IMG/VR virus record: IMGVR_UViG_3300038345_000144
Reading direction: 5' to 3' (one strand)
DNA from: a virus
Lineage: Duplodnaviria; Caudoviricetes
DNA length: 64,000 bases
The notes below the pieces were generated by a model. The model was not told the origin of the DNA. It was given only the letters and a program-made list of their open reading frames with translations, and ran no database searches. Numbering within the stretch: position 1 is the stretch's first letter; every line of letters begins with the position of its first letter. The translations under genes were made by a program, and so were the position numbers. This document shows, one piece after another, positions 22,771 through 32,261 of this stretch.

Positions 22771-23010
22771 TTACCAATAAAGATTATAACAATCCTTATA
22801 ATCACAATCTGGGTCAGAAGAGTAAACTACCATAACCTCATACCCAAGTCGTTTTAACTCTTTTTTAGTAGCCTCACTTCTGATAGTGATTTTCTGTACG
22901 GTATTTTCACCTCTTGCGATAGCCCGCTTAATTGCACCTTCGACACATTCTATTTCGCTTTGAGCCTTTGTCAATTCAGTCATTTCCTTTGCAGTTTTAG
23001 CGTCAATCAT
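22771..23010 (-). CDS. Small phage protein, paralog of 2210-2446
   Basis: MIxAKxAxE...EL..LGY.V...Y.(I/L)YW pattern in both. Confidence 0.7.
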   Translation of the reverse strand: MIDAKTAKEMTELTKAQSEIECVEGAIKRAIARGENTVQKITIRSEATKKELKRLGYEVMVVYSSDPDCDYKDCYNLYW

Positions 23011-23019
23011 AATGCCTCC

Positions 23020-23472
23020 TTAAAGTTTGTAATTAAACGCTTCCAGTGTTCGTAAAAAACAGGTCATATTGGGGGATTTACCTTGTGTTTTCCACATAAC
23101 CCACCCCTTACTATCATATATCTGCATAAGTGCCGATACAATACCAGCACTACGAGAAACACCAGCGTCGCAGTGAACGATAATCATATCTACTCTTTCA
23201 AACCAATGTTTTACAAAGGCACGGACCAGCATAGCGTCTTTATGAGTCATACAATGCTCCTTTGACCCCTGTAAAAACATAAGAGGGTCATCAGCCTCTA
23301 CATCATCAAAAGCCAATGACAGAATAGCCTGTACCTTATTGGTATCAGAGCAAAATACTTTAGGCGGGTCGGTGTCCCAACTCGACTTTATAGATATAAT
23401 TATGGATTTACGAGGGTGTTTTTGATTACAAAATCTTTCGCAAGTTGCCCTCGACACTGCCTTATATATCAT
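23020..23472 (-). CDS. Cys-based protein tyrosine/dual-specificity phosphatase
   Basis: FDD acid loop and VHCDAGVSRS (HCxxGxxRS) motif. Confidence 0.85.
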   Translation of the reverse strand: MIYKAVSRATCERFCNQKHPRKSIIISIKSSWDTDPPKVFCSDTNKVQAILSLAFDDVEADDPLMFLQGSKEHCMTHKDAMLVRAFVKHWFERVDMIIVHCDAGVSRSAGIVSALMQIYDSKGWVMWKTQGKSPNMTCFLRTLEAFNYKL

Positions 23473-25047
23473 TATGTTTCCTCGTATTCAGAAAAATCCT
23501 GATGAATTACTCGAAGTACAACTCGGAACATCGCATTAGCATCTTTCTGATTAGCAATCTCTCCTGCTTCTTCAAAGTTAGCAATACTTTGACGCATCTT
23601 GGTATCAACAATAAACAGCAGAGGAAATTCGTGCTGTTCAGCCGTATCACAATACGCATCAAACTTCTTTTGCAACTCATAACAATCGTCAAGTGTTATT
23701 GTTCTCATAACAAACTCCTTAACCGTCAATCATATCAAAGAACTCTTGTTCAGGGTAATAATTAGACTTATACTCATCGCAAGTTGCACACTCTTCTGTA
23801 TCACAATATGCACAAGAACTGCAATCACGATTACAAGCCTTCTTCATTAACTCTTCAAATCCTGTCATTCTGTCTCCTCCTGAAGATAAATCTTCTTCTT
23901 AATATTGACTATTATCAATAACTCTTCCATTTCCGCAATCAAATTATCGGTTGAAGTAGTATCTCTATTAGCGAGACGCTCTGTAAACCTATGTCTTTTG
24001 AGAATACGGATTGCCTTTCTAACCTGTCTGGGAGTAATGGGCTTGTCGCCCTGATACTTAACCGCCAGTTCGTGTAAAATCTCGTCACTCATTGTCATCA
24101 TCTTCACCAATAAACTTAAATCGGGCATAAAAACCCTCATTCTTCAAAGTCTGCTTAATGCGGTCTAATGTGGACATATCCAAATATGAGCCATTCAAAG
24201 AAATACCCGTAAGCCAAGTATCAGCAGTAATCTCACCAGAGTCCAACTTATCTCGATTGATTATTCCGTGAAGAAAATGCTCTCGTCTTTCGTCCTGTGT
24301 CGATATAAAATAATCACCATTACGCTTAAAAATGGTGAAGGTAACAGGTTTTGCTGTAATCTCTTTTGTAGTAATCATAATTATTCCTCCGTATGATAGC
24401 CAATATAATCACGGATTTCATTAAGAAATTCCTGTGCTTCCTTACCCATAGAACTCATACTGCCTTCGGGTCTGTCCTTGAACTTTGCTGTTTCGATGAG
24501 GTCATCTACGAGCAACTGAACTAACTCAATCTTCTCATTGAGGTTCTTCTTTCTCTGTTCGTCGATAGCGGAGTCCCCGTAAGGCTCCGTGCTTCCAATT
24601 AACTTGTTAACGATTTCGTATGTACTGTATGTCATTTTATCTCACCTCGAAAATTACCTTGTAGCCTAAATCCCTCAAATCTTCTGTAAGTTCCATTAGG
24701 AATGTATGAAGTTCCAAAACACCTACATCAATGTGGTTGAAGTCCATACCTCTCTTGTCCTTTGTTTTTACCTCAAACAAACCACCGAAATTATTTGTAC
24801 TCTTGCTGACGGTATAAAGAATAGGGCGTTCTGGGTCAATACAGTCCTTTGGCTCACGGAACCCAACCTTTACCATCTCATCGTAGGTCATAGGTACTCC
24901 CTGTCGCTCACACTCTTCGATAATATCGTCAATATCGGAGTCATTGAGGCTTTCCCTACCCCTCTGTTCTTCTTCATCTAACTTATCCAAAATGATTTTT
25001 CTGATGAGTGCCTTTCTCTCTTCTTCTGTGAAAGTCTTTGTTGCCAT
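23472..25047 (-). CDS. Six small hypothetical proteins (23472-23729, Cys-rich 23719-23868 read by hand, 23865-24140, 24085-24378, 24381-24635, 24637-25047)
   Basis: Tightly packed ORFs downstream of the promoter at 25080-25109. Confidence 0.65.
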
Positions 25048-25079
25048 TAAGTATCTCCTCCTGACTTAACTATGGTCAT

Positions 25080-25109
25080 ATTATATTAAATTAGCACCTA
25101 ATTTGTCAA
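25080..25109 (-). promoter_or_regulatory. Sigma-A type promoter
   Basis: TTGACA-N18-TATAAT on - strand. Confidence 0.8.
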
Positions 25110-25133
25110 TGGTTACATAAAGAAAAAGTGAAG

Positions 25134-26024
25134 TCAACACTGATGCGACTTCACCTCTTCGAGAGTTAAGATGTCCTTCTTACCGCATTTTTTACACCTG
25201 CAATAGAAGTTTCCGACATCTTTATATACATACGCTAAATTATCAATTTCTATGCCGTTTAAGGTAATGGGGAATGGGTGTGTAGTACCACCACGCAAAA
25301 ACGACCTATAAGAAGAGCATTTGACCGTTACCCCGTCCTCAAACTTTACTATAAAGTTCTTGGAGTTGATATAATTACTGATTTCTGCGGTCATACCATA
25401 CTTGGTCATTACTTTCTCACCCAGTCGGTATGATGCGGGCTGACCATTGTTATTTGGAGTTTTGTGTTTAGGGTGTCCTATCTTACCTCTCTTAAAGTTA
25501 GTGTAAGATTTGTGATAAACCTCCACGCCATCTTCAAATCTGATGTCAATATCCTGCCTGCCTCTATAAGCAATAACCGTCATCATAAGACCACACTTGG
25601 CTCTACTCTGCTCGTTCAGTCTTTCCTGCTTACGATGTTCAATAGTAGCCGTACTGCTACGCTTAAATCTATCGTCAGGGTGCTGTGTGTTGCCTAAAAG
25701 AAAACTTGCATACTTGGTCTTTATTTCTACCCCGTCCTCAAACCTGACCGTCATATCATCGGCATTATTGTATTCAATGATAGTCATAGTGTGACCGAGA
25801 TTATTCTTCTTGGTCTCTCCAACTCTATATTTATAGGCTCTTGAGTAGTTAGGGTTCTTAATGTAGCCCTTCAAATAGTGAGTATATCTCTGTTTATAGA
25901 CTATCGTACCGTCCTCAAACTGAATAGTAACATCGTCGATGTTCTTATAGTCAATTATGGTCATCATCTGTCCGTTAGATGCCCGCATTGTCTCCCCAAT
26001 GCGAAGGTCTCTATAATTTAACAT
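25134..26024 (-). CDS. Tandem-repeat protein 3 (4 repeats of about 52 aa plus C-terminal CxCxxC zinc-binding domain)
   Basis: Repeat RIGE......G.MMTII.Y....D..VxFEDG......Y..F.KG.I.HP; C-terminal GNFYCRCKKCG...H.C. Confidence 0.85.
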   Translation of the reverse strand: MLNYRDLRIGETMRASNGQMMTIIDYKNIDDVTIQFEDGTIVYKQRYTHYLKGYIKNPNYSRAYKYRVGETKKNNLGHTMTIIEYNNADDMTVRFEDGVEIKTKYASFLLGNTQHPDDRFKRSSTATIEHRKQERLNEQSRAKCGLMMTVIAYRGRQDIDIRFEDGVEVYHKSYTNFKRGKIGHPKHKTPNNNGQPASYRLGEKVMTKYGMTAEISNYINSKNFIVKFEDGVTVKCSSYRSFLRGGTTHPFPITLNGIEIDNLAYVYKDVGNFYCRCKKCGKKDILTLEEVKSHQC

Positions 26025-27070
26025 TTATGGTTTCTCACTTCTTCCAAATCCATAATGTCGGACATACCACACTTTGAGCAAGTACAATAGAAGTTACCAG
26101 TATTGTTGTAAACATAAGCCAGTTTCTTCATTGTAACATCGCCAATAGTATAAGGTAACAGACTTCTGGCACAATAGCCTCGTCTGAAGCCTGAAATGGC
26201 GATATGCTTAACAATTCTACCGTCCTCTAACTGAACATCAAGATTACGAGCACCGTGATAGTCAATAATCTTCATTTTAAGACCGTAGTTAGTCATAACT
26301 TCCTTGCCTATATTTCTCTTCTGTGCCTCTACGGTTCTTACAGAGAGATTAGGGTTACGGATATTGCCTGTTACAAAGTTACTGTACTGGCGATTAGGAA
26401 CAATAGTACCGTCTTCAAACTGGACATCCAAATCAATATTGGAGCCATATCTGATAATAGTCATCATCTGACCATTAGTAGCAAGATGGGTTTCTCCTAC
26501 TTTAGTTTCCGCATTTTTAGCCGTCAAAGACTTCTGCCAGTAATGAGAATGATTAGTAGGGTGTAAAATTTCACCACGCCTAAACGCTCCATATTGCTTA
26601 TTCTTAATGATTTCTCCATCTTCAAACTGAATATCAACATCACTGGCATTATGATACCTGATGATTGTCATTAGTAAACCACAATTTGACCTACTGGTTT
26701 CCCCAATCTTTGAATTTATAGGAACATCAATAGTGCCTACCTGAAAGTCTTTGTATGTCTGATTGTTGGCAATCTCTCCACTTTCAAATAGGACATCTAT
26801 ATCGTTGGGGTTTCTATAATCAAGGATAACCATTTTGGGACCGTGTACCGACTGGTTAATTTCACCTATCTTCTCCCAGTTTGGATTATGCTCCGTGGGT
26901 CGTTGTATTTCGCCTTGCCTAAAATGTTGATAACGCTTATGCACGGCAATTACACCGTCATCAAATCTAACGGTTACATCTTTATTATTACGATAAGCAA
27001 TCAAGGTCATCATCTGACCTGTTACTTTATGCTTATACTGTTCGCCTATCTTCGTAAATCCGACAGACAT
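26018..27070 (-). CDS. Tandem-repeat protein 2 (5 repeats plus C-terminal CxCxxC domain)
   Basis: Same repeat five times; GNFYCTCSKCG...H.C. Confidence 0.85.
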   Translation of the reverse strand: MSVGFTKIGEQYKHKVTGQMMTLIAYRNNKDVTVRFDDGVIAVHKRYQHFRQGEIQRPTEHNPNWEKIGEINQSVHGPKMVILDYRNPNDIDVLFESGEIANNQTYKDFQVGTIDVPINSKIGETSRSNCGLLMTIIRYHNASDVDIQFEDGEIIKNKQYGAFRRGEILHPTNHSHYWQKSLTAKNAETKVGETHLATNGQMMTIIRYGSNIDLDVQFEDGTIVPNRQYSNFVTGNIRNPNLSVRTVEAQKRNIGKEVMTNYGLKMKIIDYHGARNLDVQLEDGRIVKHIAISGFRRGYCARSLLPYTIGDVTMKKLAYVYNNTGNFYCTCSKCGMSDIMDLEEVRNHKC

Positions 27071-27924
27071 ATATGCTCCTTAATCTCCTTTAGGCTCATT
27101 ACATCAGACATTCCGCACTTACTACACTTACAAAAGTAATTGCCTTCATCCTTAAAGGTATATGCAGGCTTCTTCATTACTATATTTCCTATTTTATAAG
27201 GAAACGGGTGCTTAATAAGTCCCTTACGGATTGCGTCAAACCTGTTATGTTCTGATATGTAGCCGTCCTCGAACTGAACGGTCATATTATCGTATTTATC
27301 ACTTGCGATAATGGTCATCATCATACCATTAGCCGACATATACTTCTCTCCAGTTCTATTCTTAATCTGACAGTAACTATGAGAGTATTGAGGGTGTCTT
27401 ATTTCGCCTTTAAGAAAGTTGAAGTAAGAACGATGCTGAACTACCACTCCGTCCTCGAACTTTACATCAATATCGGTAGAAGTCCTATACTCAATAATGG
27501 TCATTATTAAGCCATTAGAGGCTTTATGAGACTCTCCAAGTCGGCGGTTTTTGAAGTAGTTAGGGTTCTTCAATCTGCCCTTTTGAAAGTTCACATATTT
27601 TGTATGACGAACAATTGTTCCGTCTGCAAATTGCACATCAACATCTTCACAACCACGATAACCAATTATAGTAACCTGCTCACCATAATATGAGGTATTA
27701 GTTTCTCCGATACGCTTTGTATTAGGTATCTGGCTACGATTAGCCGTAGGTCTGTTAGGATGTCCGATTTTGCCCTTCTTAAAAGCACAGTAATACTTAT
27801 GCTTAACCACAACTCCATCTTCGAACTGAATGGTTAAGTCTTCCGAACTCTCACCACCAATAATAGTCATCATCATACCATTATTGGCTCTGTTCTTTTC
27901 GCCTAAATGAATTGCACTTACCAT
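27046..27924 (-). CDS. Tandem-repeat protein 1 (4 repeats plus C-terminal CxCxxC domain)
   Basis: Same repeat four times; GNYFCKCSKCG...H.C; start overlaps the helicase stop codon. Confidence 0.85.
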   Translation of the reverse strand: MVSAIHLGEKNRANNGMMMTIIGGESSEDLTIQFEDGVVVKHKYYCAFKKGKIGHPNRPTANRSQIPNTKRIGETNTSYYGEQVTIIGYRGCEDVDVQFADGTIVRHTKYVNFQKGRLKNPNYFKNRRLGESHKASNGLIMTIIEYRTSTDIDVKFEDGVVVQHRSYFNFLKGEIRHPQYSHSYCQIKNRTGEKYMSANGMMMTIIASDKYDNMTVQFEDGYISEHNRFDAIRKGLIKHPFPYKIGNIVMKKPAYTFKDEGNYFCKCSKCGMSDVMSLKEIKEHICLSDLRR

Positions 27925-29534
27925 TACTTAACACCCATTACATCAAGAACTGCCTGTACTGCTACATTCTTTGCACGACAGAACGGTGGAAGTGGTACGG
28001 CTTTTGGTGCTTTCTGTGCCAAGATATAATCTCTGGTCATAATACGGCAGTCACCACCCTTTTCAACCCAACGCTCCCACGCTCTACGACACGGGATAGC
28101 CTCGATTTCAGCCACCGCCTTACCAATAAACTCTCGGTAAGTAGCCTCGTTTCCAGTAGCGATAAGGTTGAGGTCATCATAGTAGAGTTGGTTAATGTTA
28201 TACAAACTACCACTCTTTGGTGTCCTCTTCTTGTGTTTTGCAATAATTTGCTTCAACTCGACAAGCCTATCAGTTTCTTCCTGTGTAAGTTTTACAGGAT
28301 TTCCTGCTTTATTCTTGGAGTTCTGCTTCTTTACTAAAGCCTTATATTCTTCGAGGATAGCGTCAGGCACACCACTTTCATCTTCCTTGTTGGAAACGAA
28401 CATAGTGTACTTTGACTTTCTATGCACATTATCTACTACATCGAATACAATCTTTGGTCTTGCGTCACCTGTGGATAATGCTCTACCCAACTGCTGTGCA
28501 TATACAGTATTTGAGTATGTTGAACGGTACATAATGATACCTGTTAGGTTGTCAACGTGATAACCCATATTAAGCATTTCACACGAATAAATAAGGTCGA
28601 TTGTTTTGTCCTTACTCTTCAATTTACAGAGTTTCTTGACATTCTTTGCATATTCAGTTGTTTCTGAAGATACGATAGTCTCCCTAATCTTGTGTTTAGG
28701 ATATGCCGTAGCAAACCAACGCCTTACCGCCCTCTGCTTATCCTTCATATGTGCAAAGTTAGAGAAGAAGACGATATACTTCTGGTAATTTGTCTTGATT
28801 TTAGCGGTCTTGAGAGCCATCTTGATATTGACATCCATACGGTTAAGGTTAGCCAACTCAATCATCTTACCATTGAGAAGTTCTCTGGCGTAGCCCTCAT
28901 CTTCCTCATCTACATCAACCTTGAGCATAATATCCTTCTTGATATTAGACACAACATTAGGGTCTGATGAGTCAAAATCACAATAGCAATAGTATGGCTT
29001 CTTAATGATACCATCCTGAATAGCATCGTGGAGAGTGTACTTTGATGTTGTAATATCGTTAAAGAACATCGCAGTAACATCAATCATATCCATTCTATCA
29101 GGGGTAGCAGAAGCACCAAGTAACTTTGCTTTCTTATTATCATTAAGGATAGAACGCAAACCGTCCATTGTCTCTGGAGCACCAATTCTGTGATACTCGT
29201 CGCAAATGATAAGGTCTGTTCCCTTAATTGCTTCCATATCCTTTTCTGTAAGTTGTGTAACCTTCTGATAGGTCATAAATGTTACATCAGGGATATAACT
29301 GTTCATCAACAGTTTGTAGTCCTTTCCATAATAGAAATTGAATACAGCCTGTTTTACAACATCTGTCGGATATAGGTATAAAATCTTTTTATAATGTCCA
29401 CTCTTGATAAACTTTGTAAGAATACCAGTCTTTCCAAAACCAGTAGGTCTTATGATGGCACACTTCTTCTTTTTGTCAAGAAGTTTCAATGCCTCTTCAT
29501 AAGTTTCCTTTCTTAAGCGGTCTATTTTCTTCAT
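27924..29534 (-). CDS. Superfamily 2 DExH helicase/ATPase (ResIII-like)
   Basis: PTGFGKT (I), DEYH (II), SATP (III), MLNMGYH (V), QQLGRAL (VI), VFDVVDN. Confidence 0.9.
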   Translation of the reverse strand: MKKIDRLRKETYEEALKLLDKKKKCAIIRPTGFGKTGILTKFIKSGHYKKILYLYPTDVVKQAVFNFYYGKDYKLLMNSYIPDVTFMTYQKVTQLTEKDMEAIKGTDLIICDEYHRIGAPETMDGLRSILNDNKKAKLLGASATPDRMDMIDVTAMFFNDITTSKYTLHDAIQDGIIKKPYYCYCDFDSSDPNVVSNIKKDIMLKVDVDEEDEGYARELLNGKMIELANLNRMDVNIKMALKTAKIKTNYQKYIVFFSNFAHMKDKQRAVRRWFATAYPKHKIRETIVSSETTEYAKNVKKLCKLKSKDKTIDLIYSCEMLNMGYHVDNLTGIIMYRSTYSNTVYAQQLGRALSTGDARPKIVFDVVDNVHRKSKYTMFVSNKEDESGVPDAILEEYKALVKKQNSKNKAGNPVKLTQEETDRLVELKQIIAKHKKRTPKSGSLYNINQLYYDDLNLIATGNEATYREFIGKAVAEIEAIPCRRAWERWVEKGGDCRIMTRDYILAQKAPKAVPLPPFCRAKNVAVQAVLDVMGVK

Positions 29535-29568
29535 AGTGTAAATTACCCCTATTTTCAGTAATAGAGTT

Positions 29569-29597
29569 ATTATATTATAATAGTCAGCATTTGTAAA
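29569..29597 (-). promoter_or_regulatory. Sigma-A type promoter for the helicase operon, abutting the last repeat of array B
   Basis: TTTACA-N17-TATAAT on - strand. Confidence 0.75.
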
Positions 29598-30022
29598 GGA
29601 ACCTCCGAAAGTCGGAGAGATTTACCGTCTGCGATTACCGAGCCGTCCCTCATTGAATAACCTCCGAACTCGGAGACAATAACACTTAAACTTATAAGAC
29701 TGTGTACCCCTTGAGAAAAACCTCCGAACTCGGAGAAGTATCGTTGGAACTGCATATCCGTGTGACGATTTGTGATAAACCCCCGTAAATACGAGGAAAA
29801 CTTGCAGGTTTAATTGTTGCCTCCTGCCCCATAGAATAACCCCCGTAAACGAGGAACCAAAAGGTAGCACTGCCCGTCAAGCTATACGAGTGAGAAACCT
29901 CCAATTTGGAGAAAAAGTTGCCTCTTGTTTATACTTATGCTAAACCTCCGACACGGAGAATACTGGTTAATCACTGATAGAAAATTTCCAGCATTGAAAA
30001 ACCTCCAAACCTGGAGAAACAC
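29596..30022 (-). CRISPR. Orphan CRISPR-like array B: 8 degenerate type I-E-like repeats, 7 spacers
   Basis: Repeats at 29996-30022, 29939-29963, 29892-29917, 29834-29858, 29774-29801, 29715-29740, 29655-29679 and 29596-29621. Period is 57-60 nt with one of 47. Example: GTTTTCCTCGTATTTACGGGGGTTTATC, resembling Firmicutes I-E repeats of the GTTTT(T/C)CCCGCACACGCGGGGGTGATCC kind. Unique spacers of about 32, 21, 33, 32, 33, 35 and 33 nt. Confidence 0.82.
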
Positions 30023-30034
30023 TTTATTTACTAT

Positions 30035-30064
30035 ATGATACCAAGTTGAATGATTTTTTGTAAA
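30035..30064 (-). promoter_or_regulatory. Promoter driving array B
   Basis: TTTACA-N18-TATCAT with extended -10 TG, ending about 12 nt upstream of the first repeat. Confidence 0.65.
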
Positions 30065-30069
30065 TAGCC

Positions 30070-30110
30070 AAAAAGAAAAACTCCCTCTAATCGAAATTAG
30101 AAGGAGTCTT
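30070..30110 (-). terminator. Terminator downstream of the topoisomerase operon
   Basis: ACTCC-CTCTAAT...ATTAGA-AGGAGT hairpin with U-tract on -. Confidence 0.75.
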
Positions 30111-30147
30111 TCCTAATGAAAGGTATAAAAATGAAGAAACGCTCGCT

Positions 30148-32259
30148 TTATTTTCCGTGTACTTCAGTAATTTGTTCACCCTTTTTGAGTTTGAGAACTA
30201 CCTTACCACTGGCACTTCTACCCGCCTGAACATTCTGACCAACAGCGTCAATAGTGACAGTTCTCTGGTTAGTGGTAATCTCGATGTTCTCGTCCTCTTT
30301 GAGTAACTTAACAGCGATAACCTCGTCACCAGCAACCTTTAAGCCACATACCGTTGTACCGATAGCCTTACTAATCTTCAAGCAATTATCGACAGGCATC
30401 TTCTTACCAACACCAGTCTTGGTAACAAAGTAGATATAAGGCAAGTCAACATCTTCGGAATAGATAGCAATTACCTTTTCGTTCTTACCGATTTCAGGTC
30501 TCAAATCAGAGATATTGTTACCCGAAGCGGCAGGCATTACTACATCAATAGTATTTGACTTAATCTTATACATATTACCGAGGTTAGTAACCATAGTTAC
30601 ATACTGGTTGCCCTCAACTGTAATAAACTTACTGTCTTCGTCAGTAGACCTAAACTTTGTAGGGTCAACTCTCTTGAGTGTCTGTGCTTCTGTAAGAACG
30701 ACCTTGAATATCTTTTTAGGCTTTGCGACCTTTGGCTTTGTAACAGCAACTCTAATATCCTGCATTTCAATATCTTCGAGTTGTGTTTTTCTTTCCCAGC
30801 CGTACTTATCAACAAGAGCATTAAATTGCTTAACGAATAACTTTGTACGAGCCTTTTCGTCGTTAATCAACTTCTCGTCTTCAGCCTTCTGCTTCTCCAA
30901 AGAGTCCTTTTCGTCATTCAACTTCTGCTTTTCGAGGTTAGCAAGTTTACCGAGTTGTGTAGTTACGATAGCCTCTGCCTGTACTTCTGTGAAGTGGAGA
31001 GCCTTACCGTTCTTACCCTTAAAGGCTTTCTTAACGATTGCCTGCTTTGCATCTTCGGAAGACTTGGAGGATTTGATTGTCTTGATAATCTCGTCAATTA
31101 CATCTAAAGCGGAAAGCAAACCATAGAGGACTTCCAATCTGTGATTAACTTTATCAAGGTCATATTGAGCCTCTTTAACAATAATCTCCAAGTTCTTTCT
31201 TACAAAATATTCGATATACTTCGGAAGTGTGATAGTTTCTGGCTGACCACTCTCACCGATAGCAATATGAAGGTCGGTAATGTTGATTTGAAGAGGTGTT
31301 TTTCTATAAAGAAGTTCTCTTACATATTCAGCAGTACCCTCTTGACACATAATTTCAATCAAGAAGCCGTTTCTATCACAACGGTCTGCCATATCAACAA
31401 TCGGCACATTATCCGTAGTCTCTACGAGTTTCTTAACCTTCTCTCGATAATCTTTAGGGAAGTAGCCGTAAGGGAGTGAATAAATCTTGATAGTGTCACC
31501 TTCAATTTCGGTTTCACCTCTTAATCTGATTGTACCCTTACCAGTCTCATAAATACTGGCTAACTCTGACTTGTTGATGATGATACCACCCGTAGGGAAG
31601 TCAGGGAAAACCTTTGTGCAATCAACCTTACCAGTCTTGATAAAGTTCAAAATCTGGTCTCTTATCTCGAAAAGGTTAGAACTTGACCAAGTAGCCTTGA
31701 TACCATAACCCATTCCTAACTCATTTGTCATAAAGAGTAATGGAAGTTTAGCAACCCAATCCTGCAAGATAGGTTCAGGACACTCCTCGGAATAGTTCTT
31801 ACCCATATGCAAGATGTTTGTGTTATAGAACAACGCATCCTCAAGCACTTCTGCCATTCTGATTTCTGTATATCTCTGATTTGATACTTCAGGACCACCA
31901 ATCAAGGAGCCGTAACCACCGTGACCGTCAAGAAGCGGTACAGGATATACGAAATCTTGAGCCATACGAGCCATAACACCATATGCTCCTGCGTGAGGGT
32001 GGAACCTCATTACCTCACCCTCGACAGTTGCCGACTTGGTATAAGCCTTATTATGAAAGTGTCCGTTGTAGTACATAGCCCAAGCGACACGGGATTGAAC
32101 AGGCTTCTGACCATTAGATATATAGTTCATCTGACGGGATAAGTTAACCTCGTCACTATATTCGTGGAAGTCATCGTGAAGTTCCGTAACAATGTCTCTG
32201 TCAACAATAGGCTTTTCAATAATTTCTTTTTCTTCTGTAATTTTCTTTCTACGAGCCAT
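30148..32259 (-). CDS. gyrA: Type IIA topoisomerase subunit A (GyrA/ParC-like)
   Basis: GQKPVQSR, FHPH, catalytic RYTE, PDFPTGG, C-terminal pinwheel-like repeats; gyrase versus topo IV not resolved. Confidence 0.9.
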   Translation of the reverse strand: MARRKKITEEKEIIEKPIVDRDIVTELHDDFHEYSDEVNLSRQMNYISNGQKPVQSRVAWAMYYNGHFHNKAYTKSATVEGEVMRFHPHAGAYGVMARMAQDFVYPVPLLDGHGGYGSLIGGPEVSNQRYTEIRMAEVLEDALFYNTNILHMGKNYSEECPEPILQDWVAKLPLLFMTNELGMGYGIKATWSSSNLFEIRDQILNFIKTGKVDCTKVFPDFPTGGIIINKSELASIYETGKGTIRLRGETEIEGDTIKIYSLPYGYFPKDYREKVKKLVETTDNVPIVDMADRCDRNGFLIEIMCQEGTAEYVRELLYRKTPLQINITDLHIAIGESGQPETITLPKYIEYFVRKNLEIIVKEAQYDLDKVNHRLEVLYGLLSALDVIDEIIKTIKSSKSSEDAKQAIVKKAFKGKNGKALHFTEVQAEAIVTTQLGKLANLEKQKLNDEKDSLEKQKAEDEKLINDEKARTKLFVKQFNALVDKYGWERKTQLEDIEMQDIRVAVTKPKVAKPKKIFKVVLTEAQTLKRVDPTKFRSTDEDSKFITVEGNQYVTMVTNLGNMYKIKSNTIDVVMPAASGNNISDLRPEIGKNEKVIAIYSEDVDLPYIYFVTKTGVGKKMPVDNCLKISKAIGTTVCGLKVAGDEVIAVKLLKEDENIEITTNQRTVTIDAVGQNVQAGRSASGKVVLKLKKGEQITEVHGK

Positions 32260-32261
32260 AA

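Noticed and set aside
29570-29904. ORFs 29570-29755, 29622-29870 and 29692-29904
   Set aside because: They are spurious translations across array B with no RBS, and their recurring peptides just reflect the repeats.
29596-30022. Interpretation as a TIGR-Tas array, iterons or stacked terminators
   Set aside because: The period is about 59 nt with a single hairpin repeat and no box C/D-like dual repeats. The spacers are unique, and the stems are short and mostly lack full U-tracts.
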